DNA from: Candidatus Bathyarchaeia archaeon
Lineage (GTDB): Archaea; Thermoproteota; Bathyarchaeia; JBHIEI01
Length of the DNA stretch: 55,260 bases
NCBI GenBank assembly: GCA_046760555.1
Contig: JBHIEI010000001.1
Coordinates: forward strand, 1 to 55,260
Direction of reading: 5' to 3'
Both the position numbers and the translations under genes were made by a program. Every line of letters starts with the position of its first letter. Within the stretch, counting starts at the first letter, position 1. The notes beneath the pieces are model-generated. The model did no database searches and was not told the origin of the DNA. It worked only from the letters and a program-made list of their open reading frames with translations. Below are positions 9,513 through 19,439 of the stretch, in pieces.

Positions 9513-11042
9513 TCAACCCTCCATTACCTTCCTTAGCAATGGGGAGATATCAGGTTCCTTCTCTCTCTCGGCGAGGTCCGTCGAGAACCTCGCTATCTTC
9601 TGGAGATACTTCATGAAGATCCCCATCCTCTCCCTCTCCCTCTTGATGCGTTCCTTCCTGTGAAGGTGCCTGCGCAAGCTTCGGGCAACCTCTCTAATCC
9701 CCTTCTCCACCTCCCTCATTATCTCAGGTCGATCGGCGATGAACTCCTTGCCCACTGTTTTGTAGGGGATCTTGGTCGAGCAGATGTGGGTGATCACGGC
9801 CAGCGGGGTGTCCTGCTTGACGCGATAGCTATTCCAGTTAATGACCTCGTTGACCACCTTCCACGTAGCATCACTGGCCTCATCGTAAACGAGGGGTATC
9901 TTATTCGCGTACCTATACAGGCTGATCCCGGGAGGGAGGCCTCCCCCATAGGCCAGTCCCCCCTCCGCGATGAATGGATGCCCTGAGTAGGTGGAGGGTC
10001 TCCTGCTGAACGTCCAGGTGGCTTCAGGGTGCAGCTCCTTACGGACGCCAAGGCTCAGCAATTGTTTTCCCAGGGAGGACAAGCAGTCAGCCTTTGGAGA
10101 CAGAAACCCATCGAAAGTGCTGAACCCATCAACCATCCTCGCGACATCCCTGGCCGAAAGCTTACTCGGGTCCAGATCAAGTGGGATGTCAACGGATTTT
10201 AAGAAACGTGTGGCCGTTTTCTTCCCGATCCTTTGGAAGTATCCGGTCATGAAGTTCACCATTGATTTGCACCCGTCCCTCACGGCAAGGTCGACCAATC
10301 TCTTCAACATCTCAACATCTACCCCTTTGGGATGCGGCTTAGTCGGAAAGGGAGGTTTTGGGACCCTTGTGGTAACCCTCCTAAACCTATACAGCCTCCC
10401 CTTGGGGTCAACAAGAGTTATGGTGGCATAGGGGTTCACCATGGCGGTTCTCTTAAGGTACTCTAAAATCTTCGACTCTGCTCGGTAGAAATCTCCAGAG
10501 AGGCGTATCTCGACGATCGTGCCGTGCCATCCAGATCTATTCCTGTGCCGCTTCGGGTATCCCTCCAGGACCATGGGCTCGTTCCTCTCGATATCGATGT
10601 AGAGCGCATACTCCGAGATCCAGGCTCCACCCACGCTCGATACGACGCGTGCCGGGGTGTTCGTGGTTATCTGAGCGTACAGGATCGCCATCGTCCCACC
10701 AAGTCCGAAGGTTCCCCTGGTTTGCTGGAGGAGGTATTTCGACCCGAAAAGCACTCGTCCGAAGCACCTTGGAACCTCTTCGTGTGGAACCCCAGATCCG
10801 TTGTCATACACGGATATGATGCACTTGGTGGGACCGGTGTCTGTCGCTGCCCCGTCCTCGAAAGTTACCCGGATATAGATCTCGGGTGTGGATCGGATAG
10901 CCTCGCAGGCATCCAGCGAATTCTCCACCAGCTCCCTGACCGATGCGTAAATTGCCCGGGTTGGATTGCTGAATCCCGCTATGTCGCGGTTTCTGTAGAA
11001 GAAATCCGCGGGGCTTATCTGCTTATATTCTACTTCGGTCAC
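9513..11042 (-). CDS. top6B: DNA topoisomerase VI subunit B (GHKL ATPase)
   Basis: 509 aa. Bergerat-fold motifs ELVENSLDA, DNGSGV and TRGTFGLGG. Confidence 0.92.
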   Translation of the reverse strand: MTEVEYKQISPADFFYRNRDIAGFSNPTRAIYASVRELVENSLDACEAIRSTPEIYIRVTFEDGAATDTGPTKCIISVYDNGSGVPHEEVPRCFGRVLFGSKYLLQQTRGTFGLGGTMAILYAQITTNTPARVVSSVGGAWISEYALYIDIERNEPMVLEGYPKRHRNRSGWHGTIVEIRLSGDFYRAESKILEYLKRTAMVNPYATITLVDPKGRLYRFRRVTTRVPKPPFPTKPHPKGVDVEMLKRLVDLAVRDGCKSMVNFMTGYFQRIGKKTATRFLKSVDIPLDLDPSKLSARDVARMVDGFSTFDGFLSPKADCLSSLGKQLLSLGVRKELHPEATWTFSRRPSTYSGHPFIAEGGLAYGGGLPPGISLYRYANKIPLVYDEASDATWKVVNEVINWNSYRVKQDTPLAVITHICSTKIPYKTVGKEFIADRPEIMREVEKGIREVARSLRRHLHRKERIKRERERMGIFMKYLQKIARFSTDLAEREKEPDISPLLRKVMEG

Positions 11043-11596
11043 TCTTCCCAGATTTCCATGACTCGTCTTCTTTTTAACTCCCTCCGTTTTTTGAACAAAA
11101 AGCGGAGCAGGGTTCTATGCGAACAACCCTTTATCAACATGAAAATGGCTTCCTTGCTCATCCTGATCTGCTCCGGGTCGCCGATCAGGCCTATCGTGTG
11201 CCCATAAACCGAGACGTAGGTGCCCGTAAGCTCCTCTATCAGAGCTCTAATTTTTCCACCCTTCCCAATTATCCTTCCCTTCACACGCTCTTGTTGTGAT
11301 CTAGACTTCCCCAGAAGCTGTCTGAGGTCGATGACCTCGTACATCGCCTCCCCCTCATCAAAAAGTCGGAATGCCCGACGGGCAGAAAAGCCCCGTCCAA
11401 TGGCCTTGACCACGTTGATCCCTCGGAGAGATCTTATGAGATCGGCATCCGGTCTCGGTGATACCTCCGCCTCACCCGTGTCGCTATCGATCCGGAGGAT
11501 CACGTCTCCCTTTTCCTCTATCATCCTCTTGACCTCACCATCGTGACCAACCAGAACCCCTATCCTCTCGTTTGGGATCTTGATGTACGTGCTCAT
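11039..11596 (-). CDS. KH-domain RNA-binding protein (Dim2/Pno1-like)
   Basis: 185 aa with two KH modules (IGVLVGHDGEVKRMIE; GRIIGKGGKIRALIEE). Overlaps both neighbours by 4 nt. aIF1A-Rio-Dim2 is a conserved archaeal neighbourhood. Confidence 0.75.
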   Translation of the reverse strand: MSTYIKIPNERIGVLVGHDGEVKRMIEEKGDVILRIDSDTGEAEVSPRPDADLIRSLRGINVVKAIGRGFSARRAFRLFDEGEAMYEVIDLRQLLGKSRSQQERVKGRIIGKGGKIRALIEELTGTYVSVYGHTIGLIGDPEQIRMSKEAIFMLIKGCSHRTLLRFLFKKRRELKRRRVMEIWEE

Positions 11597-12378
11597 CCTC
11601 TACGGATCCACTTCTCTAGAACTTCCACGGGATCAACCTCGACACCCAGATCCCCGAAGTAGCTGGTGAGGTTATCCAGATCCCTGCGCAGCAGTTCGTT
11701 AGCCCTCGGGTGTCGAAGAGAGATCGATTGGGAGAGGTCGAAGAGGACGGGCTTCCCATCCTGTATCATCACGTTGTACTCGCTAAAGTCCCCATGGACC
11801 AGTTGCGCCCGGGTGTAGAGGCGCCTCAAGTAAACCTTCAGGGATCTGTAAACCAAGCCTGGATCCTCCAGATCCACCTCCCTTAAGAGCGGAGCGGGGA
11901 CCCCTTCCTCCCCAACGAACTCCATAACGAGAACGTTTCTCAAAACGGCTAAGGGCTTGGGAACCCTCACACCGGCCGTAAGAGCCCTCTTCAGGTTCTT
12001 GAACTCCTTGGTGGCCCACGCGTATACGAGTGCCCTGCGACTGTGCCTCAACCTATCGAATCGGGGGTCCCCCTCTATGTATGGTAGCATCCCCCTCCTG
12101 AACTCGGCCGAGGACACGAGGTAGATCTTCACGGCAAGGTCCTCATCCTCCCTGCCCTTACCCCAATAGATTCTGGACTCCTTTCCGGCCTTAACTACCC
12201 CGATCATCGAGGATATCACGCCCCTCTTGAGTAGTCTGTATACGGACATGAGGGTTGGATAATCAAATACCTCTTCGAGGACCTTATAGTCCTCGGAAAA
12301 CTTGGTCTTGATTAGTTGCTCAACTTCGTATCGCTTCTCCTTTAGCTTAAGCCTCCTCTCGACCCTGCTGGTCACCAT
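11593..12378 (-). CDS. rio1: RIO-type serine/threonine protein kinase
   Basis: RIO motifs GKESRIY, AVKIY, LVHGDFSEYNVM and FDLSQS. I chose the start at the ATG that overlaps the aIF1A stop (TGATG at 12376-12380) rather than the track start at 12450. Confidence 0.85.
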   Translation of the reverse strand: MVTSRVERRLKLKEKRYEVEQLIKTKFSEDYKVLEEVFDYPTLMSVYRLLKRGVISSMIGVVKAGKESRIYWGKGREDEDLAVKIYLVSSAEFRRGMLPYIEGDPRFDRLRHSRRALVYAWATKEFKNLKRALTAGVRVPKPLAVLRNVLVMEFVGEEGVPAPLLREVDLEDPGLVYRSLKVYLRRLYTRAQLVHGDFSEYNVMIQDGKPVLFDLSQSISLRHPRANELLRRDLDNLTSYFGDLGVEVDPVEVLEKWIRRG

Positions 12379-12695
12379 CAGGCGATGAACTCGCTCTTTA
12401 TGTGCCCCTGCTTCCTCAGCCAATCGATCTGGCTCTTTCTGTACCTCCAAAAAATGTCTCCTCGGGTTTCCGGCTGAAAGTCCCAGGGTGAGACGAGAAC
12501 CACATCACCAGTCCTTATCCAGACCTTCCTCTTCAGCTTCCCGCGTATCCTGCATAGCCTTGTGTATCCATCGTCACACTTCACTAGCACCCGATCGTAA
12601 CCCAGAAGCTGGAGGACTACCCCTACGACGTCACCGGAGGCGGGGACGACCAACCTCTTGAGTTCTTGTTCTGTGAGGACCTTCTTCTTTCCCAT
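12378..12695 (-). CDS. eif1a: translation initiation factor 1A (aIF1A)
   Basis: 105 aa S1/OB fold. RGKLKRKVWIRTGDVVLVSPWDFQ..RGDIFWRY is typical of eIF1A. Confidence 0.9.
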   Translation of the reverse strand: MGKKKVLTEQELKRLVVPASGDVVGVVLQLLGYDRVLVKCDDGYTRLCRIRGKLKRKVWIRTGDVVLVSPWDFQPETRGDIFWRYRKSQIDWLRKQGHIKSEFIA

Positions 12696-12760
12696 CCTAC
12701 GTTACAGTGGGGTATCTATCATATTTTGCGGTCCCATCCTCCAGCCCTCCGATGAGTCAA

Positions 12761-13063
12761 CTAAAGAATGTGAACGATCTGGGCATGGGCAATTTTACCA
12801 ATCCTGATCACCGCATCTGGATGCACGAGTTTATGGCTCACCGCGAGGTCCACGATTTCGTTGCCGATCAGGTTGATTATCGTCCCTCTTCGGATGATCT
12901 CGATGGCCTCTTGAGATCCCAGCTTCTCCCCCATGTAGAACCCCTCCTGGACCTTCACGCAGAAGTCGCCATCCTCGATCCTCATCCCGATCATGTCTTC
13001 ATCGCAAGCGGCCACCATCAGATGCTTCCCGTGACGGGTCACCTTTACCCAGAAGCCCCTCAT
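12761..13063 (-). CDS. DUF424-like small archaeal protein
   Basis: Start taken at MRGFWVKVTRHGKHLMVAACDEDMIG, an ATG overlapping the aIF2-beta stop (ATGA at 13060-13063). The pattern resembles the archaeal DUF424 family. The family call comes from memory of that pattern only. Confidence 0.45.
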   Translation of the reverse strand: MRGFWVKVTRHGKHLMVAACDEDMIGMRIEDGDFCVKVQEGFYMGEKLGSQEAIEIIRRGTIINLIGNEIVDLAVSHKLVHPDAVIRIGKIAHAQIVHIL

Positions 13064-13476
13064 CGGAGGTAACCTAACGATGACTTGGCCCCACAAGCCT
13101 CGCACAGGAGAAACTGTAACCGCTTCTCCCTCGTGATTCGCGTATCCGGTCGCTTGCATATGGGGCAGATGACGAAATCACCGACGTATCGTTCAAACAC
13201 CTTCGAAATCGACTCTCTAGTGAACTGGCCATGCAGAACCGCCCGAGTACCATCGAACGATCCAGCGGTTCCTAGCTCCTTGAGCATGAAGGTCAGTATA
13301 TGCTTGGGATCACGGTCGAGTTCCTTGGAGATCTTATCAAGATTCTCGATCACAGTTCTAGACCCAGATGACCTGAGTACTGGTCGAGGGGGCTCAAACC
13401 TCGTCCGTTCGAGGGTCGTGGCCGGTATCGCAGAATAAGCCCGATCGAGAAGCTTCTCGTATCTTTTCAAGTTCAC
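13060..13476 (-). CDS. eif2b: translation initiation factor 2 beta subunit (aIF2-beta)
   Basis: 138 aa. Has the central eIF2B/eIF5 domain and the C-terminal zinc ribbon CPICKRPDT...CEACGA. Confidence 0.9.
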   Translation of the reverse strand: MNLKRYEKLLDRAYSAIPATTLERTRFEPPRPVLRSSGSRTVIENLDKISKELDRDPKHILTFMLKELGTAGSFDGTRAVLHGQFTRESISKVFERYVGDFVICPICKRPDTRITREKRLQFLLCEACGAKSSLGYLR

Positions 13477-13512
13477 TTATGATCGAACCCCCCGATATAA
13501 CTTGGCAGTTCC

Positions 13513-14826
13513 CTATTCCTCCTTTGCCCTCTCAAGTAGTGCATTTGAAACGCGCTCAGCCTCCTCCAACACATCGCCCTCATCCACCGTCAAGACCCTA
13601 CGATCCTCCATAACGAGTTTTCCATCGATCACAACCGTCTCAACGTCGCTTCCCCTCGCCGCATAGACTATCTGTGAAACGGGATGATGAAGTGGGGTTA
13701 GTCTAGGTCGCTTGAGATCCAGAATCACAAGATCCGCCTTCTTCCCCTTCCTTATCGAGCCAAGATCGTCCAGATGGAGGGCTTCGGCACCGTCTACCGT
13801 CGCCATCCCAAGGGCTTGAGGGGCCGTAACCATCGTAGGATCACCCAATACGACCTTGTGGATGAGGGCAACCGTCTTCATCGCCTCGAACATATCAAGG
13901 GAGTTGTTGCTAGCCGCCCCATCAGTTCCCAGTCCGACTCTGACCCCCTTAGCGAGCATCTTAGGGACGGGTGCTATTCCATCGGCCAGCTTCATGTTGC
14001 TCACTGGGTTGTGAGCGACACTCACCCCTCGCTTGGCGAGAATGGCCACATCGTCCTCGGTCAACCAGACGCAATGAGCAGCGAGGACGTTATCCCCGAG
14101 AAAGCCTATCTCATCCAAAAACTCCGTTATGGTCCTTCCCCCCAGCCTGAGGTGGAAGGCCTTCTCGACATCGCTCCTCTCTCCCTTGGTCTCGGCTAGG
14201 TGTGTATGTATGGTCACACCGTAGCGATCGGCCAGTTCCCTAACCTTGCACAGGAACCGAGGACTGCAAGAATAAGGTGCATGAGGGCCGAATGAACAGA
14301 GAACCCGTCCATACCGTCGATGGAACCTTCGAACGACCCTCTCCCCTTCTCTAAGGTCCTTCTCTCCCCTGCTCTCGTCCCCCAACTCGATCAAAGGGTA
14401 GGCGACCACGCCCCGCATCCCCGATTCTCCGATGGCCTTAACCACGGCATCCATGAAAAAGTACATGTCGTTGAAGCACGTCGTTCCACTCCTGATCATC
14501 TCTAGGCACGCCAGCAGGGTACCTATGTAAACATCGTGCTTTCGGAGTCCCCTTTCGATGGGCCATATCTTACCTAGCCACTCTTCCAATGTCATGTCAT
14601 CGGCCGTTCCCCTCATCAACGTCATGGCCGCATGAGTGTGAGCATTCAGTAAACCGGGGATCACCATACCGTCTCCAGCTTCGATCTTCTCATATCTCGG
14701 ATACTTCTTTTTCAGCCTCTCCTTTCCCACATCGATGATCCGATTGCCCTCAACGACGACGCACGCGTCCTTGATGACCCTCGTGGGCTCGGTTACGGCG
14801 AACTTCGCAAGGATCCTCCACTCCAT
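13513..14826 (-). CDS. mtaD: amidohydrolase, 5'-methylthioadenosine/S-adenosylhomocysteine deaminase type
   Basis: 437 aa. NAHTHAAMTLMRGTADDMTLEEWL, EMIRSGTTCFNDMYFF, HTHLAETK and GTDGAASNN match the MtaD/DadD subgroup. Confidence 0.8.
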   Translation of the reverse strand: MEWRILAKFAVTEPTRVIKDACVVVEGNRIIDVGKERLKKKYPRYEKIEAGDGMVIPGLLNAHTHAAMTLMRGTADDMTLEEWLGKIWPIERGLRKHDVYIGTLLACLEMIRSGTTCFNDMYFFMDAVVKAIGESGMRGVVAYPLIELGDESRGEKDLREGERVVRRFHRRYGRVLCSFGPHAPYSCSPRFLCKVRELADRYGVTIHTHLAETKGERSDVEKAFHLRLGGRTITEFLDEIGFLGDNVLAAHCVWLTEDDVAILAKRGVSVAHNPVSNMKLADGIAPVPKMLAKGVRVGLGTDGAASNNSLDMFEAMKTVALIHKVVLGDPTMVTAPQALGMATVDGAEALHLDDLGSIRKGKKADLVILDLKRPRLTPLHHPVSQIVYAARGSDVETVVIDGKLVMEDRRVLTVDEGDVLEEAERVSNALLERAKEE

Positions 14827-14946
14827 CTCTAGATGTCATTCACGAGCGTGAAAATAGTTACCCCGTCCGGTTTACCTCGCCGCGTGAGCTAAACCCCATC
14901 CAAAAGCCATTTAACCGATCCCATCGAACAGTGTAGAGGCGACAGT

Positions 14947-16155
14947 TTGCGGGATATCCTTATTGAGGAACTCAAACAGGTGGCTGTGGAAGACCAGCGA
15001 ATGGAGATCTGTGAGAGAAAGGGCGTGGGTCATCCGGACTCCATCTGCGATGCCATAATGGACAGAGTCTCTATAGCCCTTTCCAAGGAGTACCTCAAGC
15101 GGTTCGGCTACGTAATGCACCACAACATCGATAAGGGTCTCCTCGCCGCTGGTGAGGTAGACACCAAGTTCGGAGGGGGAGAGGTCAGGAGACCCATGCT
15201 ATTGGTTTTCGGCGATCGGGCGACCTTCAGGGTTGGCGATGAAACCATACCCGTGGAGGAGATAGCCATCTCGACGGCCAAAGAGTGGATCAAGGAGAAC
15301 CTTAGGTTCGTGGACCCAGAAAGGCACGTGAATTATCAGGTTGAGCTCAAACATGGAGCCGAATCGCTGGTGGACATCTTCGAACGGAAGGGCAAATACC
15401 TAGGGGCAAATGACACCTCAGCGGCCGTCGGTTTTGCTCCCTTGACCCAAACCGAGAAGATCGTTCTGGAAACCGAGAGATTCCTCAACTCCAAGGACTT
15501 CAAGAGGAGCTTCCCCGACTCGGGGGAGGACGTGAAGGTCATGGGGTTACGAAAGGATCGCGAGCTCTTTCTCACTATCGCCATGCCCCTAGTAGATAGA
15601 TTCGTGGATGATGAAGAAACCTACTTCCAGAGGAAGGAGGAAATGATGGAGGAGGTGAAACGCTTCGTCACCTCCAACTTTGGCATGGAAAAGATACACC
15701 TTTTCCTGAACACCCTCGATAAGATCGGTCGAGGCACCGCAGGTCTTTATCTGACTGTCTTAGGCACGTCGGCGGAGGGTGGAGATTGCGGCCAGGTGGG
15801 TAGAGGAAACACCGTAAAGGGCATAATCCCGCTCAATAGACCAACTTCATCGGAGGCCGCCGCGGGGAAGAATCCCGTGAGCCATGTCGGAAAAATATAC
15901 AACGTATTGAGCTACCACATAGCACAAAGGATTCACGAGAATGTTCCGGGGATAAGGGAGGTCTACGTGTGGCTCCTAAGCCAGATCGGGCAACCCATAA
16001 ACAAACCGATGACGACCTCCGCTGAGCTCATTCTGGAGCCTGGGACTAGCATCGCAGAGATATCCCCCCAAGCCAACGAGATCATCGAATCCGAGCTGGA
16101 TAGCATAGACAAATTTTGCATGGATTTGGCACATGGGCGAATCCCAATATGCTGA
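14947..16155 (+). CDS. metK: S-adenosylmethionine synthetase, archaeal type
   Basis: 402 aa with a TTG start. The ERKGVGHPDSICD motif and overall layout fit the archaeal MAT family. Confidence 0.9.
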   Translation: MRDILIEELKQVAVEDQRMEICERKGVGHPDSICDAIMDRVSIALSKEYLKRFGYVMHHNIDKGLLAAGEVDTKFGGGEVRRPMLLVFGDRATFRVGDETIPVEEIAISTAKEWIKENLRFVDPERHVNYQVELKHGAESLVDIFERKGKYLGANDTSAAVGFAPLTQTEKIVLETERFLNSKDFKRSFPDSGEDVKVMGLRKDRELFLTIAMPLVDRFVDDEETYFQRKEEMMEEVKRFVTSNFGMEKIHLFLNTLDKIGRGTAGLYLTVLGTSAEGGDCGQVGRGNTVKGIIPLNRPTSSEAAAGKNPVSHVGKIYNVLSYHIAQRIHENVPGIREVYVWLLSQIGQPINKPMTTSAELILEPGTSIAEISPQANEIIESELDSIDKFCMDLAHGRIPIC

Positions 16156-16241
16156 AATGCTCTCAGCCTAACCATTCAATCTAGGTCCGGGGCATAGAAG
16201 ATCACTTTTTACGTCGTACGATCGATTAGTGAGAGTCAGGG

Positions 16242-17510
16242 GTGATCGAGTCGGTGGAGGATCATAGAGTAAAGGACATGAGTCTAGCCGGACTTGGAGA
16301 GAAGAGAATACTATGGTCAGAGAAGGGCATGCCTGTTCTCCTGAAAATCAGGGATAGATTCTCAAGGGAGAAGCCCCTATCTGGGCTGTCTATATCCGCC
16401 TGCCTTCACGTGACAACGGAGACGGCTGCGCTGGTGAAGACCCTTCGGGCGGGAGGTGCAGAGGTTGCTCTTTGCGGCTCTAACCCACTGTCGACCCAGG
16501 ATGACGTCGCGGCTTGGTTGGCCAGGGCCGGTTTCCATGTCTACGCGTGGAAAGGCGAGAGCGAAAAGGAGTATTATGAGTGCATAGACGATGTTCTGTC
16601 TTTCAACCCGAGCATCGTCCATGACGACGGTGCGGATCTGATTGTCCGAATCCACAACAAGAGACCGGAGCTTACGGATAAGATCCTCGGAGGTCTTGAG
16701 GAAACTACGACGGGCGTCATAAGACTGAAGGCTATGGAAAGAGATGAAACTCTAAGGGTCCCGGTCATCGCCGTGAACGATACAAGGACCAAACGAATGT
16801 TCGATAACGTGTTCGGCACCGGGCAGTCGACCCTAGACGGCGTGATCAGAGCCACAGGGATGTTGCTGGCAGGGAAGCAGATCGTGATCTGTGGCTACGG
16901 ATATTGTGGACGCGGGATCGCTAAAAGAGCGGACGGGATGGGGGCGAAAGTCATCGTATGCGAGGTCGATCCAGTCAAGGCCTTGGAGGCGGCCATGGAG
17001 GGCTACCGGGTGATGTCCCTCTCGAAGGCCTCTGAGATCGGGGACATATTCATCACCGCTACGGGTTGTAAGGATGTGGTGAGGAAGGAGCATATGGCGC
17101 AGATGAAGGACGGAGCCATCCTCGCGAACGCGGGTCACTTCAACGTCGAGATCAGCATACCGGACCTCGACGAGATCAGCGTTGAGAAGAGGAGGATCGA
17201 TCACTGCGTTGAAGAATATCGAAGGAGTGACGGAACGAGACTCTATCTTTTGGGAGAAGGTCGATTGGTGAATCTGGTGTGTGGAGTGGGGCATCCACCG
17301 GAAGTCATGGATATGTCGTTTGCCGACCAGGCTCTCTGTGCCGAGTATCTCGCCAAAAACAAGGAAAAGCTAAATCCAAGGGTCTACGATGTTCCAGAAG
17401 CCATCGACCTCTCGGTGGCGAGATTGAAGCTCGAAGCCATGGGCATAACGATCGATCGGCTCACCGATGAGCAACTGGAGTATCTGAAGAGCTGGCAACT
17501 CGGGGTCTAG
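16242..17510 (+). CDS. ahcY: adenosylhomocysteinase family (SAH or S-inosylhomocysteine hydrolase)
   Basis: 422 aa. HRVKDMSLAGLGEKRILW at the N-terminus, Rossmann motif GYGYCGRGIA, and HFNVEI. Confidence 0.9.
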   Translation: MIESVEDHRVKDMSLAGLGEKRILWSEKGMPVLLKIRDRFSREKPLSGLSISACLHVTTETAALVKTLRAGGAEVALCGSNPLSTQDDVAAWLARAGFHVYAWKGESEKEYYECIDDVLSFNPSIVHDDGADLIVRIHNKRPELTDKILGGLEETTTGVIRLKAMERDETLRVPVIAVNDTRTKRMFDNVFGTGQSTLDGVIRATGMLLAGKQIVICGYGYCGRGIAKRADGMGAKVIVCEVDPVKALEAAMEGYRVMSLSKASEIGDIFITATGCKDVVRKEHMAQMKDGAILANAGHFNVEISIPDLDEISVEKRRIDHCVEEYRRSDGTRLYLLGEGRLVNLVCGVGHPPEVMDMSFADQALCAEYLAKNKEKLNPRVYDVPEAIDLSVARLKLEAMGITIDRLTDEQLEYLKSWQLGV

Positions 17511-18151
17511 TCCGCTTTACGGGTGAGGCGGGGTAGCAACCGCCCGGTGCGCCTCATGTAATCACGGTACTCGTCGCCGAATCGCTCCACCATCATCGCC
17601 TCCTCCTTGCCGATCCGAGCGTAGACCGAAATGATCGTTATCACGGTCAGCAGCGATAACAGCCAGTTGGCTGACACGATAGAGAGAGCGATAAATAGTG
17701 TGAAGGACACCGAATACATCGGGTGCCTGACCCAGCGATACGGCCCACTTGTAACCAGCTCGTGCCCTTCCTTTACTACCAGTTCTGTGGACCAGTACCT
17801 ACCGAGGCTACGATGGACCCAGAGCAGTAAGAGAAGGCTTGATATCCCCACCCCTACCCCGACCCAACGCAACAATGTGGGAAGCGGAAGTGCGGACCAT
17901 GCCACCCACTGGGGATAGATCGGATAGAGGATCACAACAGCGACAAAGAAGGGAGCAGTGATGAGCCGTAGGGCCATGCTTAGCTTCCCTTCCCGCTTTA
18001 CTCCCTCCCTCAGACGTTTCGATAGTGAGGTCTTTTCACCAGCTTTTCGGACACGAATGGCATAATAGGCCCTCACGGAGGAGGCCAGAATGACCAGAGC
18101 GGCAAAGATGGCTCTGAAGGTTAGTTCGCTATTCATGCTTCTTCTCCCCAT
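17507..18151 (-). CDS. isoprenylcysteine carboxyl methyltransferase (ICMT)-family membrane methyltransferase
   Basis: 214 aa, multi-pass. LVTSGPYRWVRHPMY and EEAMMVERFGDEY are the family signature. Confidence 0.8.
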   Translation of the reverse strand: MGRRSMNSELTFRAIFAALVILASSVRAYYAIRVRKAGEKTSLSKRLREGVKREGKLSMALRLITAPFFVAVVILYPIYPQWVAWSALPLPTLLRWVGVGVGISSLLLLLWVHRSLGRYWSTELVVKEGHELVTSGPYRWVRHPMYSVSFTLFIALSIVSANWLLSLLTVITIISVYARIGKEEAMMVERFGDEYRDYMRRTGRLLPRLTRKAD

Positions 18152-18341
18152 GGGCGGGTATCCCTCATATACGTTGTCCCTAATTTTGGTAGTTCTCTGC
18201 CAAAGGGCTCTCTACTGTGCGGATGTCGAACACTCCGTAGTCTTTCGGATCATGAGAGCTGGAATACACTTGTGAGAGCAAAACCACAACAAATCTCAAG
18301 AGGAAAGAGGACAGTTATACGTAGGATCAAGAGGTGTACGA

Positions 18342-19439
18342 TTGATCGTTTCGGCGGATAGGGTCCAGACATACCTCAGGGATATCCTTGGGAAGAAGAT
18401 CAAGCTCAGGCGCATGTCAAGGTTAGGCGTCGAGGCCAGGGAGGAAGGTCTTAGGGAGATAAAGGGGTATGGATACGGTGAACCTCTGCTTCTTGAGGTG
18501 GAAGTCAACGACGAAATGAGGAAGCTGGTGCTCCACACCGTCAAGCCAGGGGGCTTCGGCCACGAGTACCCATCGGACCGGGCAAAGATGCTTCTTTGGG
18601 CTCACTCGGCTTACAACAAGATCCCTAGGCATGCTCGCTCGTTAGACGTGGGCGTCTTCCGAGGAGACGGATCCCTAATAACGTTGGGAGGAGCTGAGGA
18701 GTTCTTTCTGCTCACAGAGTACGTGGAGGGGGAGGAGTATTTCAAGGATCTCGAGAGGATCAGGATGGATGGGGAGCTGACCGAACTCGACGAGGATCGA
18801 GCAACCATATTGGCGGATTACATATCACTTATACATTCGAGCAAAGGGGAGGACCCAGAGCTATACGTCAGGAGGATCAGGGAACTACTTGGGCACGGCG
18901 AAGCGATCATGGGGCTCCTCGATTCCTACGACCCAAACGCCGAGTTTCTTGAGCCCCGGGAGCTGATCGAGATAGAAAAGAGATGCGTTGAGTGGAGATG
19001 GAAGATGAAGAAGTTAACACATCGACTCTGCCAGGTTCACGGTGACTACCATCCCTGGAATGTGAAGTTCAGGAGTAACCTAGACTTCACGGTTTTGGAC
19101 AGGAGTAGGGGAGAGTGGGGAGAGGCGGCGGATGATGTGAGCTGCATGGCGATCAACTACCTCTTCTTCTCGATCCAGGAGTTCGGCAGATTGGAGAGGC
19201 CCTTTGAAAGACTCTGGAACCTATTCCTTGAGAGGTACCTGGCCAACACCCGAGATCAGGAGATCATGGAGGTTGTGGCCCCATTCTTTGCGTGGAGGGG
19301 CTTGGTTATAGCTAGCCCGATTTGGTATCCCAAGCTGAAGCATGAGACCAGGAGGAAGATATTCAACTTCATCGGCAACGTCTTGGAAGTGGACATCTTC
19401 GAACCTCAAGACGTGAACTCCTACCTGAAGGGGAAATAG
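18342..19439 (+). CDS. APH/choline-kinase-like phosphotransferase
   Basis: 365 aa. Brenner motif VHGDYHPWNV plus the downstream LDRSRGEWGEAADD, on a kinase-like fold. Substrate unknown. Confidence 0.7.
   Translation: MIVSADRVQTYLRDILGKKIKLRRMSRLGVEAREEGLREIKGYGYGEPLLLEVEVNDEMRKLVLHTVKPGGFGHEYPSDRAKMLLWAHSAYNKIPRHARSLDVGVFRGDGSLITLGGAEEFFLLTEYVEGEEYFKDLERIRMDGELTELDEDRATILADYISLIHSSKGEDPELYVRRIRELLGHGEAIMGLLDSYDPNAEFLEPRELIEIEKRCVEWRWKMKKLTHRLCQVHGDYHPWNVKFRSNLDFTVLDRSRGEWGEAADDVSCMAINYLFFSIQEFGRLERPFERLWNLFLERYLANTRDQEIMEVVAPFFAWRGLVIASPIWYPKLKHETRRKIFNFIGNVLEVDIFEPQDVNSYLKGK

Noticed and set aside
8756-11207. Several long plus-strand ORFs (8756-9286, 9991-10431, 10524-11207) opposite top6A/top6B
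   Set aside because: The minus-strand products carry unambiguous Topo VI motifs. The plus-strand ORFs are antisense shadows in GC-rich coding DNA.
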